Positions 12,757 to 25,499 of a DNA stretch of 64,000 bases are shown here, piece by piece; the stretch's first letter is position 1, and every line of letters starts with the position of its first letter. A model generated the notes under the pieces. It was not told the DNA's origin, searched no databases, and worked only from the letters and a program-made list of their open reading frames with translations. Source of the DNA: Torpedo marmorata (Eukaryota). Both the position numbers and the translations under genes were made by a program. The DNA lies in assembly GCA_977017645.1 (NCBI GenBank), contig OZ360225.1, forward strand, positions 4,278,001 through 4,342,000. The letters are read 5' to 3'.

Positions 12757-13805
12757 CAGTAAAACCCCTGGTATCCGGAATTCAAGCAACCAGCAGCCTC
12801 AAGCAACCGGCAAAAATAAAAAAGAGGAAAATAATTTTTTTTTAATTTAAAATAAAAAATAATAATAGGTAAAAAATATGCAAGTTTAAAATTGTAAAAG
12901 TAAATGTTCTCTGAAGTAACGCATAAACCTTTGGTGAAGATGGGAGCAAATATTCAGCCAGCGGAGTGCCTTGATCGTTCTTTGCTCGTAGCAGTTGTTT
13001 GAATAAAGTTGTGTTTGAATAAAAAGGCATCGCCCAGGACGAAGAGCTGGTAGATGGTACTCGCCGTTGGGGTGACTCTCTTAAAATGTCTCCTTATCCC
13101 TGATTAGTAAGTCGTCCCAGTCAGAGGCTTTACCTGCAAACTGGGGGGGGGGGTGTTAATTATCTAATGTTATATTCTTCGTCGTTCATACGGCTCCATG
13201 GAGGGAGAGAAACCTGCAGATGCAGCGACAGTTAAATGTTTTCAAAGAATGTGACTGAAAATAAAGTAAAATGCTCTAAGGTTTATATATTCATGCAAGT
13301 GAAGTTTGTTCAGTGTAAGTACAGTACAGGCAGTCCCCGGGTTACGAACGTCTGACTTAGGGACAACTCGTACTTACGAACGGACGACGCGCGGCTTCAG
13401 CGGTTCGTCGGCTCGAGGAAGGAGAACGCAATCCGCCTTTTTAAGTCGGATCATGGTTATTACCCTTGTAACCATGCCTCCAAAGCGTAAATCCAAATCA
13501 AGAAAAGCTCTGTACAAACCTCCCTTGATGCCTAATTCAAGAAATTTGACTAACTGACACTAAATAAGAACCGTATGTACCTCTTCCAACTTACCTACAA
13601 ATTCGAGTTAAAGACAGACTTCGGAACAGATCTCGTTCGTAACCCGGGGACTGTCTGTATAGTATTTTTGTCTTTTGTCTTTTAAACTGTTTATTCTAAA
13701 TGCAGGTGTATTAGGCATTGTAAGAGTAAGTCTCAAGCAACCGGAAAATACATTTATCCGGCATCTACCAATCCCCATAGGTGCAGGATACCAGGGGTTT
13801 TACTG
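12757..13805. mobile_element. Non-autonomous Tigger/pogo-like MITE (outer element of a nested pair)
   Basis: Perfect TIR CAGTAAAACCCCTGGTATCC / GGATACCAGGGGTTTTACTG with TA on both sides. Confidence 0.9.
13327..13657 (+). mobile_element. 331-bp Tigger-like MITE nested in the previous element
   Basis: TIR CAGGCAGTCCCCGGGTTACGAACG / CGTTCGTAACCCGGGGACTGTCTG with TA flanks. Relic transposase start ATGCCTCCAAAGCGTAAA (MPPKRK). Confidence 0.9.
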
Positions 13806-14444
13806 TACAAGTTTACAACAATGTTTCAATACGTTATTGTTTAATATGTTTCTATGATGTTTTCAACCTAATATATTTTAAGTTATATACATTTAATTTA
13901 AGCTTTTAATCACGTCTCCAATTATCAGAGACAAGGGGAAAGTCTACCACTCAATTTGCTTCACGTCTACAATATTCTAGAGATTGGGGCTTCAGGATCA
14001 TGCTGGCTGAAAGAAACTCATGGCTGAGGCCTTGCCACCAAACTCATGGGTGTACGGGTCAAGAGAATTCAGCTCTTGATATTTGGCCAAGGTAAGCAGG
14101 CAGGAATTAGCACACCATCCAGCCCAACAACGCTTCGCAAACAAGCCAATAATAGATTTTAAACAAAAGAGTGAATCCCATCAAATCTTTTGTTTTGTGT
14201 ACAGTTCAAACTAATCGTTTTTTTCCAGCATTTGATTAAAAAACATTTTGGATCATTATTTTTTAAATAAACATTTCTCCGTTTGCATTTTTAAAGTTGA
14301 GATAATGTCATTATGGAGCACAAATTCCTCATATTGTTGTTAATATATTGAAGGTCTGCTTATGTTAAAACATCTGCCTGTTCAAGTTTGTGAAGCCTGC
14401 CTGCACATGCATCATCTCCTCTGTGCCACATCTGTGTGGAGTGA

Positions 14445-14680
14445 AACACGAAAGTCTGCAGATGCTGTGATTGTAGAGAAAACACAAAAATGCTGGAGGA
14501 GCTCAGCAGGTCTCGCAGCATCCTTAGGAGGTAAAGATATATAACCAACGTTACGTGCCTGAGCCTTTCTTCAAGGTATGAGTAAAAAACAGGCATCCAT
14601 CTGAATTAAAAGGCTTCAGAGGAGAGAAAAGGCAGGGGTAGGAGAACAGACCAACAGACAATAGGTGTTAATTGGATATT
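14445..14680 (-). mobile_element. Penelope-type terminal-repeat fragment with degenerate hammerhead-like core
   Basis: Close homolog of 53765-54405. Minus strand reads CCTTGAAGAAAGGCTCAGGCACGTAACGTTGG. Confidence 0.6.
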
Positions 14681-15089
14681 ACCGGTAGATTGGAACCTCT
14701 CTTTGAAACAGAGACGACATCAACAATTTACATTTAGAAAGATGCTGCAATTTGGTAAACTTTAACTTGCCCTTCAGGGGAAAAAATGACCAATAGAAAG
14801 GGAGATTTCAGAAATAAAAGACAGGGTGAAATAATTAATTTTGAGGCTTTAAAGCAAGGAGATGAGGCAAGGATGAGAGAGTTAAAGACCAGGCCACGAA
14901 ATAGGAATGCAGAGTGGGTTCCAAATGGAGTTAAAGAAGAAGGCCAGAATGACAAGGCAAAAGTGGGATACAAAATGGGGATCACCAGTTGAAATCTGGG
15001 ATTTTGTCTGAATTCATGAAAAAAAGGAACAATAAAAGTCAAGAATTCTGGTAAAGTGAAATTCAATGGATGACAGGAGAGCAAGTCAG

Positions 15090-15812
15090 TTCCGCACGGG
15101 CTTTGAACAGCCCGTTAAAGGAGCCGACGGCGGTTTTATTTAAGATCCCGCGACCACGGGGTCTGCGCCCAAGATGGCAGCGCCTTTTAACCGGCAGCAG
15201 CCACGAGGGGCTTCAGATTCCGGGGAAGCGGAGGACTGGAGCAGGGCACCAGAGGACGGGAAGATCACCCCCCGTCTGAGAAGGAGAAGCGGAGGAGACG
15301 ACCCACGGGATGGTGACCACGGCGGCGGACCGGTGAGGGGCTCTGAGGCTGAAGGATCAGTGCACGCGGCGGGCTGCTGGTGACTCGAGGCGAGGAACCC
15401 GCGGAGGCTGTGGGCTGCTGGAGACTGCTGTCGGGGGACTCACGCCGGGCTGCGGACTGCTGGTGGCTGGCTCGAACTGGCTGGAGGAGTACCAGGTATC
15501 GGAACCGGGATGCGAGGGGGTGCCGAGGGTGACCTGACCGTGTCGAGGGTTCAGATCTGGAGCTCTGGTTGCCGATTGTTTGGACTGGACTCTATGTGGC
15601 TGCGGAAGCGATGGAGGCGAATCTATAGACACTCGGTGACTCTGGGGGGACTCTCTTTTGTTTCTCTTTCTCTGACTGTAAGGAATGCTAGAGGCGCTTA
15701 GGCAATTTCTGCCGGTGGCGAATCTGTCTGCCTTGCAGCAGGCAAAAAGAAATATCATGGAATATGACACTGTCTTATTACTATGACAATAAATTAAATC
15801 TTGAATCTTGAA
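15090..15812 (+). mobile_element. GC/CpG-rich non-coding retroposon-like element with a Rex1-type 3' tail
   Basis: Abrupt GC-rich block with YY1-like CAAGATGGC near its 5' end. Ends ATGACAATAAATTAAATCTTGAATCTTGAA like the Rex1 tails here. No RT-like ORF. Confidence 0.5.
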
Positions 15813-16249
15813 GTGGCATACGGTTTATGCAGCTTATGCAGCCTTGGAAAGATGAAGGAAAGCACCAATGAGGAACTTTGAGTCAATACACATCACAGCA
15901 TCAAAAGCACAAGCAGATGGAGAACGATAAAACAAAGTGACTGAACAGCCCGAACAATGCAAAGATATGGATTGAAGCTCTGCTCAAGGTTAAACAGGAT
16001 ATCGAAGCACGGACACAAATGGGAGGACCAAAATAAAATGAAACCAGAACAAATATAGTGAAAAGTAGAAAGCTCAAGAGTGAGGCACATAAAATTATGC
16101 TGATACTCCCTCGATAGTCAGCCAAAAAATAGAACTATTCCTAAAGTTATCAATAATCTAAATAATACTGTACATATTTACTCATCTCGCCATGAATTTG
16201 TTGCTGAAATAAATAATTAAGACTGAATTTGTTATAGAAACAGTTCATG

Positions 16250-16490
16250 TTATGGCATGGTTAGCGCAACGCTATTACAGCGCCAGCGACCCGGGTTCGA
16301 AACCAGCGTGATCTGTAAAGAGCGTGTACCCTGTGTCCGTTTCTGCGTGGGTTTCCTCCGGATGCTCTGCTTTCCTACCACCTTTCAAAACGTACGGGGG
16401 TTGCAGGTTAATTGCGATATTCTGCAGCACGGGCTCGTGGATCAGAAGGGCCTGTTACCGTGCTGTATGTCTAAATTTAAATTTAAAATT
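16250..16490 (+). mobile_element. tRNA-derived V-domain SINE (HE1-like)
   Basis: A-box-like TGGTTAGCGCAACG, B box GGTTCGAAACC, V-domain GCGTGGGTTTCCTCCGGATGCTC, CR1-like tail GGGCCTGTTACCGTGCTGTATG. Second copy at 58470-58710. Confidence 0.8.
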
Positions 16491-19059
16491 TAAATGCATC
16501 GTAACTAATCATGAAGTAATTACACCTGCTTTTTGGAGGAAGTGCAAAAATACCTCCTCTGGAAGAGAATAATTATAGCTTAATGACTTAACAGGTAATT
16601 GTCCTCATAAATTAGGTCACGGGAAGAAAACATAGAAGGGATAAAAATGAATTCAGTCAGCAAGCTACAATTCAGAGCTTCCCAGCTATGTAATATTGGC
16701 AAATAATATATGGTCTTGCTACACCTTGGGCAACACACACCGTCACACAGAGATACTGCTACAACCCAACACATACCGTCACACAGAGATACTGCTACAA
16801 CCCAACACACATCGTCACACAGCGATAGACTCAGCTGCAACCTAACACACACCGTCACAGTGATAGACTCGGCAATAACCCAACACACACCATCACAGAG
16901 CAAAATAATCTGCTACAATCCAACGCACACCGTCACACAGCGACAGACTCTGCTCCAGCCCACACACACTGACACACAGAGACTGCTACAAACCAACACA
17001 CCGTCACACAGCGACAGACTCTGCTACAACCCACACACACCGACACACAGAGACTGCTACAACCCAACACACCGTCACAGTGACAGACTCTGCTACAACC
17101 CACACACACCGACACAGAGACTGCTACAACCCAACACACCGTCACACAGCGACAGACTCTGCTACAACCCACACACACCGACACAAAGAGACTGCTACAA
17201 CCCAACACACCGTCACACAATGACAGACTCTGCTACAAACCAACACACACCGACACACAGAGACATACTCTGCTACAACCCACACACACCGACACACAGA
17301 GACAAACTCTGCTGCAACCCAACACCCAGCGACAGACTCTGCCACAACCCAACACTCACCGACACAGAGACATACTCTGCTACAACCCACACACACCGAC
17401 ACACAGAGACAAACTCTGCTACAACCCACACACACCGACACACAGAGACATACTCTGCTACAACCCACACACACCGACACACAGAGACATACTCTGCTAC
17501 AACCCACACACACCGACACACAGAGACATACTCTGCTACAACCCACACACACCGACACACAGAGACATACTCTGCTACAACCCACACACACCGACACACA
17601 GAGACATACTCTGCTACAACCCACACACACCGACACACAGAGACAGACTCTGCTGCAACCTAACACCCAGTCACACAGCGACAGACTCTGCCACAACCCA
17701 ACATTCACCGACACACAGAGACAGACTCCGCTGCAACCCAATACACACCGTTACAAAGAGACAGACTCTGCTACAACCCAACACACACTGTTACAAAGAG
17801 ACAGACTCTGCTGCTACAACACAACACACATCGTCACACAGCGATAGACTCAGCTGCAACCCAACACACACCGTCACACAGTGATAGACTCGGCAATAAC
17901 CCAACACACACCATCACAGAGCAATATAATCTGCTAAAATCCAACGCACACCGTCACACAGCGACAGACTCTGCTACAACCCACACACACTGACACACAA
18001 AGACTGCTACAAACCAACACACTGTCACACAGCGACAGACTCTGCTACAACCCACACACACCGACACAGAGACTGCTACAACCCAACACACCGTCACACA
18101 GCGACAGACTCTGCTACAACCCAACACACACCAACAAACAGACAGACTCTGCTGCAACCCAACACCCAGTCGCACAGCGACAGACTCTGCCAAAACCCAA
18201 CACTCACCGACACACAGAGACTGCTACAACCCAACACACCGTCACACAGCGACAGACTCTGCTGCAACCCAACACACACCGACACAAAGAGATAGACTCT
18301 GCTGCTACTACCCAACACACACCATCACACAGAGACTGCTACAACCCAACACACCGTCACACAGAGACTGCTACAACCCAACACACCGTCACACAGAGAC
18401 TGCTACAACCCAACACACCGACACACAGCGACAGACTCTGCTACAACCCAACACACACCGACAGAGACAGACTCTACTACAGCCCAACACACATCGTCAG
18501 AGACAGACTCTGCTATAACCCAACACACAGTCACACAGCGACAGACTCTGCTACAACCGAACACACACCGTCAGAGATTCAGATGCTGCTACAACCCAAC
18601 ACACACCATCAGAGAGACAGTCTCTGCTACAACCCAGCACACACCATCTCACAGAGACAGATGCTGCTACAACCCAACACACACCGTCACACAGAGAGAC
18701 TGCTACAACCCAACACACACCGTCGCACAGCGACAGACTTGGCTACAATCCAACACACACTGTCAGAGAGACAGATGCTGCTACAACCTAGCACACACCA
18801 TCTCAGAGACAGATGCTGCTACAACCCAACACACACCGTCACAAAGCGACAGAATTGGCTACAACCCAACACATACCGTCACACAGCAACAGACTCTGCT
18901 ACAACTCAACACAATGTCACACAGAGTCAGACTCTGCGACAACCCAACACACACCGTCACAGAGACAGCTACAACCCAACACACACCGTCACACAGCGAC
19001 AGACTCGGCTACAACCCAACACACACCGTTACAAAGAGATAGACTTGGCTACGACCCAA

Positions 19060-21084
19060 TAAGGAATTTAGGGTAGGTCAAGAACAACATAAAATTAGTT
19101 TATTTGCAGATGATGTCCTAATATATTTGACTGACCCTGAGATATCTTTACAAAGACTATATATTCAATTGGAGGAATATGGAAAAGTTTTGGGCTATAA
19201 AATAAATTGGGATAAAAGTGAAATTATGTCATTAGTGAAGGGTGATTATACACATTGTCAGAGAGGTACTCAGTTTAAATGGCCAAAAGAAGGTATTAAA
19301 TATTTAGGTATACGTACAGATAGTAATTTGAAAAATTTATATAAATTGAACTATTTACCATTACTTAAAAAGATTGACGAAGACTTAAAAAATGGATTAA
19401 TTTACCTATAACTTTAGTTTGAAGAGTTGAAGATGAAGATGACGAGTATAAAGATGAATATATTTACAAGAATACAATACCTTTTCCAAACATTACCTAT
19501 CTTAATACCTCAAAAAAAAATTCAAGAATTAAATAAATATGTAAGGAAATTTCTTTGGAAAGGTAAAATGTCAAGAGTCTCTATGGAAAGATTAACATGG
19601 AAATATGAATTAGGAGGTTTACAACTTCCTAATTTTAAAAATTATTATCGAGCCGCTCAAATGAGATTCCTTGCTTCTTTTTTCTAAAATAAAAAATCAG
19701 CGTGGGTTAATATAGAACTGAATAAGATAGGAGAAAAGAAAGCAGAAGAATTTATATATAAATGGGAACCGAAATTTATAACTGCTGGTAAGGATACACC
19801 ATTACTGAAACATCTACTTAACATTTGGAATAAAATAAAAGATGAAATTGGAATGAGAAGACCTATATCGCCTAAAATGCCATTAAATCAAAATCTACTT
19901 ATAGCTTTTTAAAGGGATAATCAGTTTTTGAATATTTGGTACTGTAACGGGATTGTAAATGTTGAAGATTGTTATGAAAGAGGTCAATTAATGTCATTCG
20001 CGCAGTTGAGAAATAAATATGCTATACCACATAATACTCTTTTTTGTTATTTTCAATTAAAAGCATATTTGAGAAATAAACTGGGACCAACTATGTCTCT
20101 ACCCAGCTGTAATGAAGTAGAGCTCTTGATTAGGAGAGGAATTGTTAAAAAATGTACTTCTAAAAGATATGGATTCTTACAAGATGGAACTCCTAAACAA
20201 GGATTAAATAGATCTAGACAGAGATGGGAAACAGATATAAATATTACAATCAATCAACAATTATGGGAAAATTTATGTAGAGATTCTATGACTAATACTA
20301 TAAACGTAAGATATAGATTAGTTCAATATAATTTTTTGCATCAGCTATATTTTACACCACAGAAGTTACATACAATGAAACCAGAATTATCTGATCAATG
20401 TTTTAGATGTGGTGAAGATGTAGGCTCTTTTATATATTCAACTTGGTCTTGTCCCAAGGTAAAACCCTTCTGGGTAGACATATGGAATTTTTTAGAACAA
20501 GTCACAGGAATTGTATTTCCGTAAAGCCCCGATTTAGTTCTATTAGGAAATATTGAGGGTACAAGACCTAAATTAAAATTATCAAATTATCAATTGGAAT
20601 TTGTTAAATTAGCGTTAGCAGTAGCGAGGAAATGTATTGCGATGACTTGGAAATCTGATATATCCTTGGATATGCAAAAGTGGCATGGTGAAATTCAAAG
20701 TTGTATTCCTTTAGTAAAAATTACATATAATTTGAGGAACAAATACTCTACTTTTTTGCAAATATGGCACCCGTACAACCAAAAAATGGGATTAAATTTG
20801 TAATGATATTTTTTACGCCTCTAGAACTGCGAGACTATCCTCTAAGTGTATGTATGTGATATTTTGAGATATGTCATGGGCGGTGCTCCTCTTTGAAATC
20901 CAAAAAATCTTTTTTCTTTTCTTATTTTTATCTCTTTTATTTTTATACTTATAGATATTTGTTATATAAATGTATTACTTTTTGAAGGGGGGTGGGTTGG
21001 GGGGGATGGGGAGAAGGGATGGGAGAATATTACATGCATTAAAAAATATAAATAAATTTTTTTTATAATACATTTTTTTTAAAA
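19060..21084 (+). mobile_element. 5'-truncated L1-clade LINE (ORF2 from the FADD motif to the C-terminus, plus 3' UTR) inserted in the satellite
   Basis: ISLFADDVLIYL, GYKINWDKSE, GGLQLPN, CFRC...WSC zinc-knuckle remnant, G-tract 3' UTR. Multiple stops and frameshifts. Confidence 0.92.
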
Positions 21085-23925
21085 GCAATAGACTCTGCTA
21101 CAACCCAACACACACTGTCAGACAGTGACAGGCTTGGCTACAACCCAACACACACCATCACAGAGCAATAGAATATGCAACAATCCAACGCACACCGTCA
21201 CACAGTGACAGACTCTGCTGCTACAACCCAACACACACCGTCACTCAGAGACAGACTCTGCTGCTACAACCCAACACACACCGTCACAGAGACAGACTCT
21301 GCAACAACCCAACACACACCGTCACACAGAGACAGACTCTGCTACAACCCAACACACACCATCACACAGACTCTGCTGTTACTCAACACACACCGTCACA
21401 CAGAGACAGACTCTGCTGCTACAACCCAACACACACCGTCACAGCGACAGACTCGACTACAACCCAACACACACCGTCACACTGCAACAGACTCTGCTAC
21501 AACACAACACACACCATCACACAGTGACAGACTCGGCTACAACGCAACACACACCGTCACACAGCAATAGACTCTGCTACAACCCAACACACACTGTCAC
21601 ACAGACACACACTCAGTTACAACCAAACACACACCATCACACAGCAATAGACTCTGCTACAACCCAACACACACCTTCAAACAGACACACACTCGGTTAC
21701 AACCCAACACATACCATCACACAGCGACAGACTCTGCTACAACCCAACACACACCGTCACACAGCAACAGACTCTGCTACAACCCAACACGTCACATAGC
21801 GACAGTCTGCTACAACCCAACACACAGTCACACAGCGACAGACTGCTGCAACCCAACAAACATCGTGACACAGCAACAGACACTGCTACAACCCAACACC
21901 CAATGTTACAGAGTCAGACTCTGCTACAACTAAACACAGTGTCAGACAGTCCCTGCTACAACCCAACACACACCGTCACACAGAGACAGACTCTGCTGCA
22001 CCCCAACACCCACAGTCACACAGAGACAGCCTCTGCTACAACCCAACTCACTGTCACACAGAGACAGACTCAGCTACAACCCAACACACCATCAGAGACA
22101 GACTCTGCTACAACCCAACACACAGCGTCACACAGCGACAGACTCTGCTACAACTCAACACAATGTCACACAGAGACAGACTCTGCTACAACCCAACACA
22201 CATTGTTAGAGTAAGATTCTGCTACAACCCAACACACACCGTCACAGAGAGACTACTACAACCCAACACAGTCACACAGAGACAGACTCTGCTACAACCT
22301 AACAGTGTTACATACAGACTCTGCTACAATTCAACACACACCTTCACAGAGAGATGCTGCTACAACCCAACACACACCATCACACAGCGACAGACACAGC
22401 TACAACACAAAACACACCGTCACACAGCGACAGACTCGGCTACAACAAACACACCTTCACACAGTGACAGACGCTGCTACAACCCAACACACACCCTCAC
22501 ACAGAGACACACTCTGCTACAACCCAACACCCACCATCACAGAGACAGACTCTGCTACAACCCAACACACATCGTCACACAGCGACAGACTCTTCTACAA
22601 CCCAACACACACCCTCACACAGAGACAGACTCTGCTACAACCCAACACACACCGTCACACAGTGACAGACTCTGCTACAACCCAACACACATCGTCACAC
22701 AGCGACAGACTCTGCTACAACCCAACACACACCATCACACAGACACTGCTACAGCCCAACACACACCATCACACAGACAGACTCTGCTACAACCCAACAC
22801 ACACCATCAGAGAGACAGACTCTGCTACAACCCAACACACACCGTCACACAGAGACAGACTCTGCTACAACCCAACACACACCATCACACAGACAGACAC
22901 TGCTACAGCCCAACACACACCATCACACAGACAGACTCTGCTACAACCCAACACACACCATCAGAGAGACAGACTCTGCTACAACCCAACACACACCGTC
23001 ACACAGAGACAGACTCTGCTACAACCCAACACACACTGTCACACAGACTCTGCTACAACCCAGCACACACCGTCACACAGAGACAGACTCTGCTACAACC
23101 CAACACACACTGTCTCAGACTCTGCTACAACCCAACACACACCGTCACAGTGACAGACTCTGCTACAACCCAACACACATCGTCACACACAGACTCTGCT
23201 ACAACCCAACACACACCGTCACACAGAGACAGACTCTGCTACAACCCAACACACACCGTCACACAGAGACAGACTCTGCTACAACCCACACACACACCGT
23301 CACACAGAGACAGACTCTGCTACAACCAACACACACTGTCTCAGACTCTGCTACAACCCAACACACACTGTCTCAGACTCTGCTACAACCCAACACACAC
23401 CGTCACAGTGACAGACTCTGCTACAACCCAACACACATCGTCACACACAGACTCTGCTACAACCCAACACACCGTCACACAGAGAGACTCTGCAACAACC
23501 CAACACACACTGTCACAGAGACAGACTCTGCTACAACCCAACACACACCGTCACAGACTCTGCTACAACCCAACACACACCATCACACAGCGAGACACTG
23601 CTACAACCCAACACACACCATCACAGAGACAGACTCTGCTACAACCCAACACACACCATCACACAGCGAGACACTGCTACAACCCAACACACACCATCAC
23701 AGAGACAGACTCTGCTACAACCCAACACACACCGTCACACAGAGACAGACTCTGCTACAACCCAACACACACCATCACACAGCGAGACAGATGCTGCTAC
23801 AACCCAACACACACCGTCACACAGAGACAGATGCTGCTACAACCCAACACACACCGTCACCCAAAGACAGACTCTGCTACAATCCAACACACAGCGTCAC
23901 ACAGAGACAGACTCTGCTGCAACCC

Positions 23926-24623
23926 TGAGAGAGTGGGAAGAAGGGGGTTCAGTATTTGGGGACAAGAGAAGGTCTGGGTGCCCGTGTACTGTGGGGAGAA
24001 ATAGACAGATGGGGATCATTAACTGGCTATTGAGAATTAGATGCCTGCTTGTGTCAGAAATACTGGGGGAAATAGTGTAACTCTTTGTTTTCGCTGCTTT
24101 TGCTTGTGACACTGTCCAAAGTTGCTCATAAAAGACCTTGTGAAAGTTTGCAGCAAACCAATTGAAGTAAATTAATTAAAATGAAGAAAGCTCGGAGCAA
24201 GTCTTGGTATCAGGGCAGATACAATACAGGGCATGAGATGTACTCGATGCTAAGGCAACTACATTCCTGTCTGAGATAGCCACCTTCCAAGGCTACACCG
24301 TGCTAGGCGCAAAAGATAAGTTTTATACCAAGATGCTGTTTTATTTTCTGCTTAGGTATGCTGTTTTATGCTTATGTATACTTTGTGACCAATCCTGCAG
24401 AATTATGAATAAGTCACTATGCTGTTACTGGGGCGTGTATAATTTTGCCCACCTTTTGAAAGTATAAATGACCGTGTCTCTTTTGTCTTGGTGGAGACCT
24501 CTGATACAGCCTCTTAGAGTGCAGAAGGAGAGATCTCCCAGGTAGCTTGCTACTCAATAAACTGTTTTACTTATTGACTGCTTTTGTAGTGCTGCGTTTT
24601 GGTTACGGCGGGTGGCGATCACA
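23926..24623 (+). mobile_element. Solo LTR (698 bp)
   Basis: TG...CA termini with 4-bp TSD ACCC (23922-23925, 24624-24627). TATAAA near 24463, AATAAA near 24556. Confidence 0.75.
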
Positions 24624-25499
24624 ACCCAACACACACCTTCACACCGAGACAGACTCTGCGACAACCCTACATAGTCACACAGCGACAGACTCTGCCACAA
24701 CCCAACATACGTCGTCACAGTGACAGACTCTGCCACAACGCAACATACACCGTCACACAGGGACAGACTCTGCGACAACCCAACACAGTCACACAGAGAC
24801 AGAATCTGCAACAGCCCAACACACACAGTCACACAGTAACAGACTCTGCCACAACCCAACATACACCGTCAGATACAGACTCTGCTGCAAACCAACACAC
24901 ACCGTCAGTGGGGCAGAATGTCTGTCCACCAACACACACTGTCAGAGGGGCAGTCAATCCAACACAGGCTTTCACACAGGGGCCATCTGTGTATCAACCA
25001 AACATTCCAATGAACAACATTGAGTTAATTCTGGTCATCGTTATTGCGTGGGATCAAATACTGCAAGGATCTGGAGCGATGTCTACATCACAGGGCCACA
25101 CAAGCTCAAAACAAAAGAGTTACATCTATCAAAGATCTTAGTTTTGTGGGCAGTTCAAAAAATACAATATTTTCAGTATTTGGGCAAACAAATTAGGCGA
25201 CATTTCTGTGTGAACTCTTCAGATGGGTTAGTTCTCGCAGGAAGACCTTGCAACAATCTGGCCCTGGTCGAGTACAGGATGATCCTGCACAATACGGTCA
25301 GGTACAGGGAGACCCTGCCTCTGCTCCGTTTCGGGGGCGGGGGGTGGGGGGAAAGAGAGAGAGAGATAGCCCCCACACCCAGACATGGGGGATGGTGGGG
25401 GCTGCTGGGTGAAAAGGTGGAGCACCCTGCGCTAAAATCTGTGATGGATGGGCGGGACGCCCGCTGCAGCCACAGGGGGGACGGGGGGGAGAAAGCAGG

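Larger units (their letters stand above)
16730..24915. repeat. CA-rich ~35-42-bp satellite (core ACACACCGTCACACAGAGACAGACTCTGCTACAACCCA), interrupted at 19060-21084 and 23926-24623
   Basis: Tandem units directly visible. Source of the spurious TDSATTQHTPSH / RLCYNPTHT ORFs. Confidence 0.95.

Noticed and set aside
16250-16320. tRNA gene
   Set aside because: The A/B boxes belong to a SINE head followed by a V domain and LINE-like tail; no convincing cloverleaf.
16710-24004. Thr/His/Cys-rich ORFs (317 aa, 613 aa and others)
   Set aside because: Translations of the CA-rich satellite, with the same peptides appearing in several frames.
16730-24915. RAG recombination signal sequences (CACAGTG/CACAGAG)
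   Set aside because: Heptamer-like words are part of the satellite unit; no ACAAAAACC nonamer at 12/23 spacing was seen.
24960-25340. Degenerate Tx1-like LINE C-terminus in ORF 25048-25665
   Set aside because: Only a faint resemblance (LWAVQ..YFQ, C..LA), too eroded to call without a search.
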